The position numbers were made by a program, and so were the translations under genes. The notes under the pieces were generated by a model. That model saw only the letters and a list, made by a program, of their open reading frames with translations, made no database searches and was not told the origin of the DNA. A stretch of DNA of 64,000 nt from Bdellovibrionales bacterium (lineage in GTDB: Bacteria; Bdellovibrionota; Bdellovibrionia; Bdellovibrionales; JAMPXM01), in NCBI GenBank assembly GCA_043739185.1, contig JAYUEN010000155.1:30732-94731 (forward strand), in the 5' to 3' direction. The stretch's first letter is position 1; each line of letters starts with the position of its first letter. Positions 56,203-64,000 of the stretch are shown here, in pieces.

Positions 56203-58077
56203 TTAGCGAGGCCGAGCACTTTCAAGGCGCTTTTCGCCGAGTTCTTGCAGAGCTTTCGCCAGATTGAGATTTTTGGCCATAAGCTCCCAGATATGTAGCG
56301 CTGAGATTTTTAAAAATATGCTAGATTCGATAGTCAGAACGCTGCTGGTCCTTGACGTATTCCACAAAACACCGATTTCGCCAAAGACTTCTCTTGAGCC
56401 CATTTCACGAACTTCGTTTTGATCGACCAGCACCTTGCATCTACCTTGAACAATGATCCACAGTGAATCCGAAGCCTCACCTTGCCTGACCACCAAAGCC
56501 TTGGGCGCAAGCTCAAGAATACTTCCGTGCGTGATTAGCGACATCAGGCTTTCACTTGGTAAATCTTTAAAGAGTTCTGATTGAGAGAGTGCTTGAAAGG
56601 CCCAGATTTTTTTTTGAAATTGGGTTAGATTAAATGTTTCGGTGCGATCCGTTTCAAGAAAAGCTTGTGGGCGGCTCATTCTTAGTAGCTTTGAGTTTTC
56701 TAATGCATAAGCGCTACCTACTCGAGGTCGATTAAGTAAAAATGCGCCTTCTCCGAAAATGGCCCCTGCATTGATTTCAATAATCTTGGTTTGGTTTTTA
56801 TAAATTGCGATTTGTCCCTTGATCACAATATAGAGTTCACTGCTTTTGTCGCCATTTTTAAATAGCCTTGCGCCAGCCTTGATATCAATAAGGCGAGACA
56901 CCTCGGCCATTTGTTTGAAACTTTTTTCGGATAGTCCTTCAAAAATGGGGATCGCTCGTAGCAAGCGAAAAACATCGGCCTCTTCAATGAATTTCGAAAT
57001 GAAGGGGCTAAAACCTTTGGCGGAATTTATTGGTAATGCAAATTCAAATTGATCAACTAAGTCGACGAATGCGGCCAAGGCAGCAATGTCGAAAATGATT
57101 TGAAAGACTAAGTATTCGTAGTTTTTTGCTTTTAAAAACTGCAGACTTAAAACTCCGCAGTAAGCAAAAAACCCCAGGCTTATAAGATGGTAAATGATAT
57201 TCATTTTGATAAGTGAAATTTTTGCTATTTGATCTAAAATGCTTGGACTAATTGAAAGAGACTTGAGACGCCGCAAATGAGCTAAAATAAAATATCTGAA
57301 ATTTGAAAGATCGGTGTTTTGAAAGGGTGAAAGCTGAATGACAAAAACTAAAATGACAGAAAGCGGGCCGAGTTTGTGCAACAAAGGATCTTGTATCTGA
57401 TAAAAATAAAAGAAACCAGCCACCCCAAGGCAGAAAAGTATGGTGAGATGAACCAAATACTGTGAAATTGAAATCGCAGTGCGCTTACCTGAAGACAAAT
57501 GAAAATAGGGGCCTAAAGGAGAGAAGTAGAGGCTCATGGGTTCAGGATTATCAAAGATGAACCGACTTGCAGCCATTGATATTAGGGCTTTGAGACAAAG
57601 AAAAATTTGCGGAAAAAATAAAATATAAAATGCATAAAGATGTTCACTGAGAAATAGTTTCGCGAAAATAATTGTGCAAAGAATTGGAATCATGAGAACT
57701 AGTAAATGAATGTCCCGATCTAGTGAAAATTCAATGATGGGAGAACTTATCAGGCTGTCAAAAGCAGGCGGGCCTTCGAGCGCCGCAAAGCTTCTTGAGA
57801 ATTCTTTTTCGTTTACGAGTTGATGGCTCCAATATAGATTGGAGAGGATTTCCTTTAATAAAATAAAATCAACATGCCTTCGGCTTTTATTTTCTTGCAA
57901 GACAATTTCTTGAATACTGAGTCCTTGAATAAATGAAATCAAATAGAGTTCAGAGCTAAGACTAAACTGAACCGGGTTTTCATTTTGTTGAGTGCTGAAT
58001 TCAAGTCGATCGTTATTCCGAACGAGGCGCGGTTGATCAAATTTAGGTTTTATTACTTCAAGAGCTTTCGCTGGCAT
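56203..58077 (-). CDS. Polytopic membrane protein with two C-terminal cyclic-nucleotide-binding (CAP/CNB) domains
   Basis: The N-terminal region of about 370 aa has multiple TM segments. It is followed by two CNB domains with 'FGEGAFLLNRPRVGSAYA' and 'FGEIGVLWNTSRTSSVLT'. Confidence 0.8.
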   Translation of the reverse strand: MPAKALEVIKPKFDQPRLVRNNDRLEFSTQQNENPVQFSLSSELYLISFIQGLSIQEIVLQENKSRRHVDFILLKEILSNLYWSHQLVNEKEFSRSFAALEGPPAFDSLISSPIIEFSLDRDIHLLVLMIPILCTIIFAKLFLSEHLYAFYILFFPQIFLCLKALISMAASRFIFDNPEPMSLYFSPLGPYFHLSSGKRTAISISQYLVHLTILFCLGVAGFFYFYQIQDPLLHKLGPLSVILVFVIQLSPFQNTDLSNFRYFILAHLRRLKSLSISPSILDQIAKISLIKMNIIYHLISLGFFAYCGVLSLQFLKAKNYEYLVFQIIFDIAALAAFVDLVDQFEFALPINSAKGFSPFISKFIEEADVFRLLRAIPIFEGLSEKSFKQMAEVSRLIDIKAGARLFKNGDKSSELYIVIKGQIAIYKNQTKIIEINAGAIFGEGAFLLNRPRVGSAYALENSKLLRMSRPQAFLETDRTETFNLTQFQKKIWAFQALSQSELFKDLPSESLMSLITHGSILELAPKALVVRQGEASDSLWIIVQGRCKVLVDQNEVREMGSREVFGEIGVLWNTSRTSSVLTIESSIFLKISALHIWELMAKNLNLAKALQELGEKRLESARPR

Positions 58078-58116
58078 TTCAGTCCTTCTTGTAGCTTAAC
58101 TATGCCTAGCTTAAAT

Positions 58117-59214
58117 CTAATCTGACAAATTTAGAATATATAGAATTTGCGAGCTCCGGCCAATATCAGCATATTGGACTAAAGTCTTAGCATCTATCCA
58201 GCCGTCATTATTTGCTGCTTGCCATTCCGGTCCCCAGGAGTTTTGAACCTGTAAAAGATCTCTGCAATCGCCGCGCGCATTGCAAACTTTTTTATAGCCG
58301 GTAACTAAAACTTCATGTCCTCCTCCTGGGCATTCATCTATATCTCCCTTCGGCAAATCATAGGGGCAGAACTCGACTCCAAAGGACATTTTGTCGGTCA
58401 AGAGCTGCTTAAATTTTCCCAACACTTCGTCATATTTTGCGGGCTCGTTTGTTGTTTTTTCGGGCCACATCCGGTAGTTAATTGAGCGAATGTGAAATGC
58501 ATCTTGGCAGCTACCTAGCAGAACGCGGTGAAGGAATTTTTCGAAACTATCCTGTTGCAGGGCAAATGTGATTTTTTGTATATCTGAACCAATGCCGAAG
58601 TCTTGCTGCATTTCTTTGTCTAAACACTCGATACAGGGGCTTGATTCCAGTTTCGCTTTGTCGTATGCCCTCCGAAGCTTTAGAAAAACTTCTCGTTGGG
58701 CTTTTACTTTTTCAAATCGATTGCCTTTTGTGAATCGGGCGACAAATTGATCCATCGAAAAACATGAGTTTGCAAATACATTTCCGGCATCTTCGGCCCT
58801 TTTGAGAATGCTTTTAAGTTTAAACATTTTATCTATGGGCAATGGATTATTCTTTTTGTAAGGGCCAGAATGCGGCTCCATTGTAACGGCTAAAAGCGAC
58901 AGTGCAGATGGGATTTGATTTGGTTTTAAATTTGCGCAATCGACTTCCGGATTTTCTCTGCAAGCTGTTTGAAGGTAAAGATTAACTGCAACGTTTGCCG
59001 TACAGGTGGGTAGCCCATCTTGAGAATGTAAAACAGGCAAATTTGGAATTTGGATCAGAGAGTCATTCACCAGTTGATAGTCGGACGACGGATAGGCTAT
59101 CGAAGGAGTCGGTTGCGTATTTAAGAGTGCGCCAGCAGCGTATGCTGTCTGGATGTTCGACAGCAATACCAAGTCCGCAGCAAATATCAGGACTACAAAA
59201 CATCTTAAAACCAT
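58117..59214 (-). CDS. Secreted papain-like (C1 family-like) cysteine peptidase candidate
   Basis: It has a signal peptide. Gln lies 6 residues before Cys in 'SQDGLPTCTA'. The His motif 'GGGHEVLVTGY' and the 'VQNSWGPEW' motif are present. Confidence 0.6.
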   Translation of the reverse strand: MVLRCFVVLIFAADLVLLSNIQTAYAAGALLNTQPTPSIAYPSSDYQLVNDSLIQIPNLPVLHSQDGLPTCTANVAVNLYLQTACRENPEVDCANLKPNQIPSALSLLAVTMEPHSGPYKKNNPLPIDKMFKLKSILKRAEDAGNVFANSCFSMDQFVARFTKGNRFEKVKAQREVFLKLRRAYDKAKLESSPCIECLDKEMQQDFGIGSDIQKITFALQQDSFEKFLHRVLLGSCQDAFHIRSINYRMWPEKTTNEPAKYDEVLGKFKQLLTDKMSFGVEFCPYDLPKGDIDECPGGGHEVLVTGYKKVCNARGDCRDLLQVQNSWGPEWQAANNDGWIDAKTLVQYADIGRSSQILYILNLSD

Positions 59215-59285
59215 GGATATAATTTACAGCAATGAAAGCAGCTTGGGCTACAAAAAAGAATGGGCTTCCCAGACTCGACCTAACG

Positions 59286-61151
59286 ATGGGAGTAAGGATT
59301 ATTTTATGTATGCCTTTCATTTTCTACCAAGAGTCTTTTGCGCTTCAATATTCTACACCGAGCTCTGGGGCCATTAATGTTCATGGCTTTCAGCGAACTT
59401 CCTATTTTTTTTCGAAGCAAAACGAGATGTCCCCTTCTTTTTTGGTACGTGAATCTAACGGCGACTATCTTCTCTTGTTAAAAAGGCCTTTAGATTCCTA
59501 TCAGTTTAAAATTAGAAACGGCATAATCGAAGAAGCTACGATAGAAAGGCATATCAAGAGCTTTCGAAGCCTCACAACATTTCAAATAATAAATCAAAAG
59601 TATAAATTGAAAAGGTTCGCGATAACGAATCACAATTTATTCGCAGCAGATGCGAGTTGTCCTAGCGAAAGTGAAACTGTATCCGTGGCAAACCTTGCTG
59701 GAATTGGAACTGTTAGTGAAGCCCTTGAGCGGCACGATTTAGGTCGAGAGGAATTTGTATCAGCTTCGTGTAAAGACTTAAATTCATTGGACCTTCAAAA
59801 TCTTTCTAAGCTTAAAAAAATTTTTGAAGAAAAGGATCACGCGAGTTCAGATTTGAAAGCTTGTTTGAATGATACCGGCTTAATTGACAAAATTTCAAAA
59901 ATTGACAAAGCTATTTTAGAAAAATCCACAAGTAGCCCTTCTAGAATCGAATTATTAAGAGATGCTATTTCATTGGTCGGAAAGTCCTTTGAAGGTCGCA
60001 TTGAAAAGACGAATCGAAATCTGATCCCGCTGACTATAGAGTGTAAGATCAATTCAAATCCGCAAAATAAGAGTCCTGCCATTTATGATGCAAATAGCGG
60101 TAGAATCATATTTTATTTAAAAGCAGAAAAAGATTCCGGCGGGAAAGACCAATTGCTAAGCAAGCTTGATTTGAAACATACTTTTACCCATGAATTTGTA
60201 CACCTTTCCCTAGCAAGGCCCAATAAATGTTCGGCCCAATTAGAGGACGAATTTGCAGAGGACATCGCGAGAGTATGCGAGCCGATTAGTGAGAGTCTTG
60301 CTAAGATAGGCGTTACAGAAATCGACAATCCTTTCGCGCCGGAGCCAAGCCTTTCGGATACAAAAAGGGTTGAGCAAGTAACGGCCATAAAAATTGCTGA
60401 AGTCGCAAATTCGATTCCGATTCAGAGAGTAGATCCGGCCTCACTTGATTTTGTCGGAGAATTGCCGAACACAGCTTCATCACCACGGGCGGTAAATAAT
60501 TCTTTGCAGGCGTCGGTTGCGGGACCTATTTCTAACTTTGCTAGGGCCGCAGATCAAGTGGCGGCACTGATGATTCCGAAAGCTGAGGCAAAAGTTAAAG
60601 TAGCCGCTGGCAAGGCGCCCACAATTATCGAGGATACAGTATACCCTGACCCAGGTTCTTCAGACCCAAACCGCTTTTTAATGCAAACCACCGTAAGTAA
60701 ATCTATACCCACAGCATTAGTTCAAGCTTCATCTGAAGGGGAGTCACTAATTCAATCGAATTTGGCTACCATGAATCCTAAGTCGCCAAGGATAGCACGT
60801 GGCCCTGCAAGTGAAGGCCTTGGGATTGAGTCGACAGGCGGTCAAACTCTCGGCTCAATCAGCGTTGGCAGTGGCTCTGGGCAACAAATGTCGCAGGGGC
60901 GAGCCAGAATGAATTCGAATATTCCGCAAACTTTTCAAGTCGGAGGAATCAACTTTTCAAACAGCAGCTTGTCCGGAGAAGAATACAAAAAGTATTTTCT
61001 CAAAATGAAATCAAATGATCAGGCATTTAAAAGCGCGCTTGAGCAAAATGGCATTCTTATTTCTCGAAATGGAAGTGTTTTAACCAAACCTAAGCAAGTG
61101 GCGCTCTTATATATCGACACTGGTCGATCTCTCGAATTTGGAGATTATTAG
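59286..61151 (+). CDS. Hypothetical secreted protein with an HExxH motif and a Ser/Gly/Gln-rich C-terminal region
   Basis: It contains 'LKHTFTHEFVHLSLA...EDEFAEDIA'. The start is uncertain: the ORF opens at 59232, and the ATG at 59286 gives a hydrophobic N-terminus. Confidence 0.5.
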   Translation: MGVRIILCMPFIFYQESFALQYSTPSSGAINVHGFQRTSYFFSKQNEMSPSFLVRESNGDYLLLLKRPLDSYQFKIRNGIIEEATIERHIKSFRSLTTFQIINQKYKLKRFAITNHNLFAADASCPSESETVSVANLAGIGTVSEALERHDLGREEFVSASCKDLNSLDLQNLSKLKKIFEEKDHASSDLKACLNDTGLIDKISKIDKAILEKSTSSPSRIELLRDAISLVGKSFEGRIEKTNRNLIPLTIECKINSNPQNKSPAIYDANSGRIIFYLKAEKDSGGKDQLLSKLDLKHTFTHEFVHLSLARPNKCSAQLEDEFAEDIARVCEPISESLAKIGVTEIDNPFAPEPSLSDTKRVEQVTAIKIAEVANSIPIQRVDPASLDFVGELPNTASSPRAVNNSLQASVAGPISNFARAADQVAALMIPKAEAKVKVAAGKAPTIIEDTVYPDPGSSDPNRFLMQTTVSKSIPTALVQASSEGESLIQSNLATMNPKSPRIARGPASEGLGIESTGGQTLGSISVGSGSGQQMSQGRARMNSNIPQTFQVGGINFSNSSLSGEEYKKYFLKMKSNDQAFKSALEQNGILISRNGSVLTKPKQVALLYIDTGRSLEFGDY

Positions 61152-63202
61152 TGAAATTTCTTAAGTTTAAAAATCTTCCTCTCAGTTTCAAGATTAGCCT
61201 CATGGCTCTTTTTTCAATCGCGGGAATTAGTTTACTGACTAATATTTTCGTTAAGGCTAAAATTATTGCGGAAAATTCGCTTTTCTTTCAAGTTTCTGCA
61301 GAGCAATGTTTGGATTCAATTGTCGAGTCCTTGAACTCGGGTAATATTGCAAGCGCGTGCGAACTTATGAAGAAAGCAAGCGAGCGCAATTTGACTTCAT
61401 TCTTTATTATTCAGGCCGGAGGAGTGCCAGTATGCTTTGCGCCACTTGATCAGGCAGATGCTTTTAACAAGAGATATCAACAATTCAACGAAGTCGTACA
61501 TAGTGCAAATGATAATTACGACTACAAAAGTCTAAAGGTAAATAAATTTGTCGCAACCGCTGGTTGGCTCAATACTTCACGCGCCAATTTGGCCAATATT
61601 TTTCTATTAAAATTGCCAACTCTGTTATTGGGAATATTAATTTCAGTCTTGGTCATTGCATTGATTGTATTTCGGGAAACCAGGCCGATAAAAAAACTTC
61701 TCTTGATTTTCAAGAAGTCTGAAAAAGTTTCAGATAATATTGAAAATCAAAAGGCTGGACTTTCAAGTGCCGCCATCGAAATTCAACAGCTCTGGAATTC
61801 AGCCAAAGAATATGAGCAGGCCGCTGAAGAATTGAAGTCTGAAGTCCGCTACGTTGCCAGCGATATTCAAAATATATTGCGTAGAGAAATTGCTAAAAAA
61901 GATGAGAAAATTCCCTATCGGTTTTTATCAAGCGTATTACGCTTTGATATGAATAATTATACTAAAACCTATTTAGAAAATCCGGAAGCGACCCAGTTGA
62001 TGATCACTCGTCTAAGTGTAGAGGTTGATGAATTGGTGCACCGTTATCAGGGAGCCCATTATGGTTTCGGTGGAGATGAATTCATTATTGTCTTTCGTGA
62101 TTCTGAAGGCTTATTTTCTAGATATCTCGCATTTGCCTGTATGCGAGATATCTTTTTAAGAATTGACGAGATTTTTAACTCAAGCGACTTAGCCAAAAGG
62201 CTGACCCTAAAGGCCGCAATTCATCAAAGTGAAAACGTACTATTTGAATTGCCCAATGGCTTATTCTTGCGAGGCCTCAACTTAATATTGAGTCAGCGCC
62301 TACTTACGACCATTGCAACCAAAGATGAGCATAAATTGGTTGTTGAAAGTCGAGACAGCATAAGTCTTAAAGACTTGTGTGAATTTGCACCCGCGCATTC
62401 TGTTCAGTTAAAAGGATTCTCTGACGCCTTTGAAATTTGTGAGCCAATTCGTTATGAAGCGTTAGGGAGCATTCTAGAGAGAAGAGCTTTCGATAAAGTT
62501 CCCTACTTCAGGTCTGACCTTGATGTCATGACGCTGTTTTCAGTACTGTCGCAAGATGAAATTTCTAAACAAGAGAAAATGAAAATTCTAGATTGTCTTA
62601 AAAGTTTTCAAATTTCACAAGGGCGCTCTGCCCTTTTAGAGTCCTTCATGAGTTGCTTTTTAAAGCTAGACCGAAATGTCTCAGAAAATAAAGCGATTTT
62701 GTCAAGCTTACTCATTTCAGCGGAAAATCTCATTCCAAAGGAGCTTTGGACGGAAGAGGCCAGCGATTTGCTACTCAATTCAAATTGCAAAGAAGATTCG
62801 CGTTGCAATAGCAATATTTTGCAGCTCTTAGCTCAAAAAGTTCCAGCCGAGAAATTTGATGCTTATGCAGAAAAGATTTTGATGAATGCGAAAGGCCCTG
62901 ACTTTAGAGCTGTGGGCAATTACCTCATTGTAAAAGCCAATAACGGCCTCACTGATCAAATTCTAAACGAATGTATTACGATGCTTAAATCCAAAAATGA
63001 TTTAGAAATTGCAACTGGAATTTATGCCTCCTCGCGAATCATACAAAGCCAAAAATTGAAAGATCCCGTGGCGCTCTCTCAATTTGGCTTGGTTCAAGAT
63101 TTGATTTCAAGAATTCGTAACTTGCAATTTCACGATGATAATATGATAAGTACGCGCGCGCTTTTTGAAATGCGAGAACTGACCCAAATCGAAAATAACT
63201 AG
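61151..63202 (+). CDS. Membrane-anchored palm-domain nucleotide cyclase (class III cyclase-like or GGDEF-like) with a long helical C-terminal domain
   Basis: Two TM segments flank a roughly 120-aa extracytoplasmic segment. It has a coiled coil, 'VLRFDMNNYTKTYLENPEATQLM' and 'YGFGGDEFIIVF' (D266 to D309, 43 aa apart). The GTG start overlaps the upstream stop (TAGTG). Confidence 0.6.
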   Translation: MKFLKFKNLPLSFKISLMALFSIAGISLLTNIFVKAKIIAENSLFFQVSAEQCLDSIVESLNSGNIASACELMKKASERNLTSFFIIQAGGVPVCFAPLDQADAFNKRYQQFNEVVHSANDNYDYKSLKVNKFVATAGWLNTSRANLANIFLLKLPTLLLGILISVLVIALIVFRETRPIKKLLLIFKKSEKVSDNIENQKAGLSSAAIEIQQLWNSAKEYEQAAEELKSEVRYVASDIQNILRREIAKKDEKIPYRFLSSVLRFDMNNYTKTYLENPEATQLMITRLSVEVDELVHRYQGAHYGFGGDEFIIVFRDSEGLFSRYLAFACMRDIFLRIDEIFNSSDLAKRLTLKAAIHQSENVLFELPNGLFLRGLNLILSQRLLTTIATKDEHKLVVESRDSISLKDLCEFAPAHSVQLKGFSDAFEICEPIRYEALGSILERRAFDKVPYFRSDLDVMTLFSVLSQDEISKQEKMKILDCLKSFQISQGRSALLESFMSCFLKLDRNVSENKAILSSLLISAENLIPKELWTEEASDLLLNSNCKEDSRCNSNILQLLAQKVPAEKFDAYAEKILMNAKGPDFRAVGNYLIVKANNGLTDQILNECITMLKSKNDLEIATGIYASSRIIQSQKLKDPVALSQFGLVQDLISRIRNLQFHDDNMISTRALFEMRELTQIENN

Positions 63203-63212
63203 GGAGTTCATA

Positions 63213-63635
63213 TTGGGAATTTCAAAGTTCGTGATATTGTTTTGCTTGGAATTTGCATTTTCAAAAGAGATTTTGAAGCCTGTTCCCGTGCCAACATTGG
63301 CAGACGGGGAGCTCGCAGTATTTGACGGGCAGAAATATAAAAAATTTAGAAGCTATGAAGAAGATGCTTTGGTTCTGAGTTCAGATTGCCAGAGCACTTC
63401 AGGTAAAAGGAAATGTGAGGCAAAATTGGCGGTAGCTCGGGCAACAGAAAAAACTTTTGTGCCTGAGCCAAATATAAGTCCGGCCGCTCACCTCTGTAAT
63501 GTGGTAGCCGGAACTAGTTTGATTGTTCTAGATCAAAAGAAACAAGAGCTCAACTTTTGCCAATTTTCTGATGGCTCGATGGTCGGATCGTGGTCGCTCT
63601 TTTATAAAATATTTCCCAAGAATATTATCAAATAA
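63213..63635 (+). CDS. Small secreted Cys-containing protein (DUF333-like C-terminal motif)
   Basis: It has a signal peptide. 'PAAHLCNVVAGTSLIV......NFCQFSDGSMV' resembles the DUF333 pattern. This is a weak assignment. Confidence 0.4.
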   Translation: MGISKFVILFCLEFAFSKEILKPVPVPTLADGELAVFDGQKYKKFRSYEEDALVLSSDCQSTSGKRKCEAKLAVARATEKTFVPEPNISPAAHLCNVVAGTSLIVLDQKKQELNFCQFSDGSMVGSWSLFYKIFPKNIIK

Positions 63636-63637
63636 TT

Positions 63638-64000
63638 TTATTGTGTCTTTTCTTGCTCTTTGATTTTGTTTGGCAGATGTCGTCTTTTCATTTTGCGGCG
63701 TTGGCGAGAAATGGCAAAAAGAGCGACGTCAGATAAAAATCGAATATAGTATTTAATACCCATTGGATATTTTACAGGTAGCCTAAAGCGATTCATAAAT
63801 TTAATTGTTGGTTTGGCAATTTTGAACCATCCGAAAGAATTCATTTCCTTCATAAAAAAATGCTCAGTATCAAAATAGTAGAGCCGAAGATAGCCATCTT
63901 TCAGCTGGGGGTGAGCCACTTCTTCAGAGATGGCGTTGGCACCAAAAGCCATATAATACTTTGCGAGATCTCTTGTAGCTAAGCAAACTGAATATTTAAC
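63638..64000 (-). CDS. Hypothetical protein, 3' portion (the frame stays open to the window edge)
   Basis: I translated the minus frame upstream of the ATG at 63952 and found no stop up to base 64000. The gene therefore probably starts outside the window. Confidence 0.4.
   Translation of the reverse strand, partial: VKYSVCLATRDLAKYYMAFGANAISEEVAHPQLKDGYLRLYYFDTEHFFMKEMNSFGWFKIAKPTIKFMNRFRLPVKYPMGIKYYIRFLSDVALFAISRQRRKMKRRHLPNKIKEQEKTQ

Noticed and set aside
56203-63202. I considered a Pycsar-like anti-phage system, with a cyclase plus a TM effector carrying a cNMP-binding domain.
   Set aside because: The cyclase and the CNB protein are on opposite strands in different operons, separated by two genes. 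The CNB protein has two CNB domains and a large polytopic N-terminal region. The cyclase carries sensor-like TM and periplasmic parts. No phage-defence neighbours are visible. I report it instead as a generic signalling module with an unknown nucleotide.
1-64000. I searched for mobile elements, prophage genes, tRNA or rRNA genes and integration scars that might flank the topo VI pair or the Lux-like operon.
   Set aside because: I found no integrase, transposase or recombinase motif, no tRNA-like T-arm sequence in the intergenic regions, and no long direct repeats bracketing either locus. From this window alone, horizontal acquisition can be neither supported nor excluded.

Overview
This is a 64-kb chromosomal window from an AT-rich Gram-negative bacterium. 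Genes are tightly packed, with about 60 supportable CDSs. I found no rRNA, tRNA, CRISPR array, transposase or integrase. The gene content includes many secreted proteases and lipoproteins, type IV pilin-like genes, FliL and lysine-rich protein tails. That mix suggests a Bdellovibrio-like predatory lineage, but this is unverified inference.

The housekeeping backbone comprises:
- translation, transcription and RNA modification: rpsA 3' end, nusB, an RsmB-like methyltransferase
- envelope and proteases: an M16 peptidase pair, rhomboid, an L,D-transpeptidase, a PBP4-like protein
- metabolism and stress: HIT, methylmalonyl-CoA epimerase, a PpsR-like kinase, FKBP, Tpx, HAD
- transport, membrane and regulation: an MsbA-like ABC exporter, YccF, LysR

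Items worth a second look:
1. A translationally coupled minus-strand operon of about 9.8 kb (40015-49831). It encodes a small secreted 4-Cys protein, two EntS-like MFS exporters, a double-length GNAT, a LuxE-like acyl-protein synthetase, a LuxC-reductase::PaaK-ligase fusion, a second PaaK-like ligase and an OXA-type class D beta-lactamase-like lipoprotein. No ACP, PKS or NRPS is present. This is my best candidate for an undescribed small-molecule system.
2. An archaeal-type topoisomerase VI B/A gene pair (14908-17982).
3. Divergent operons at 56203-63635 that pair a membrane palm-domain nucleotide cyclase with a membrane protein carrying two cNMP-binding domains and two secreted protease-like proteins.
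4. A three-gene pseudopilin cluster ending in an 832-aa tip or adhesin candidate (33278-37352).
5. A 1096-aa secreted protein with 75-bp and 84-bp coding tandem repeats, a Pro11 linker and four copies of a 4-Cys module.
6. Non-coding structures: a 37/38-bp inverted repeat just upstream of an MFS gene, two related GC-rich palindromic intergenic elements, and a roughly 210-nt GC-rich ORF-free island.

All functional calls rest on motif recognition by eye. No database search was run.
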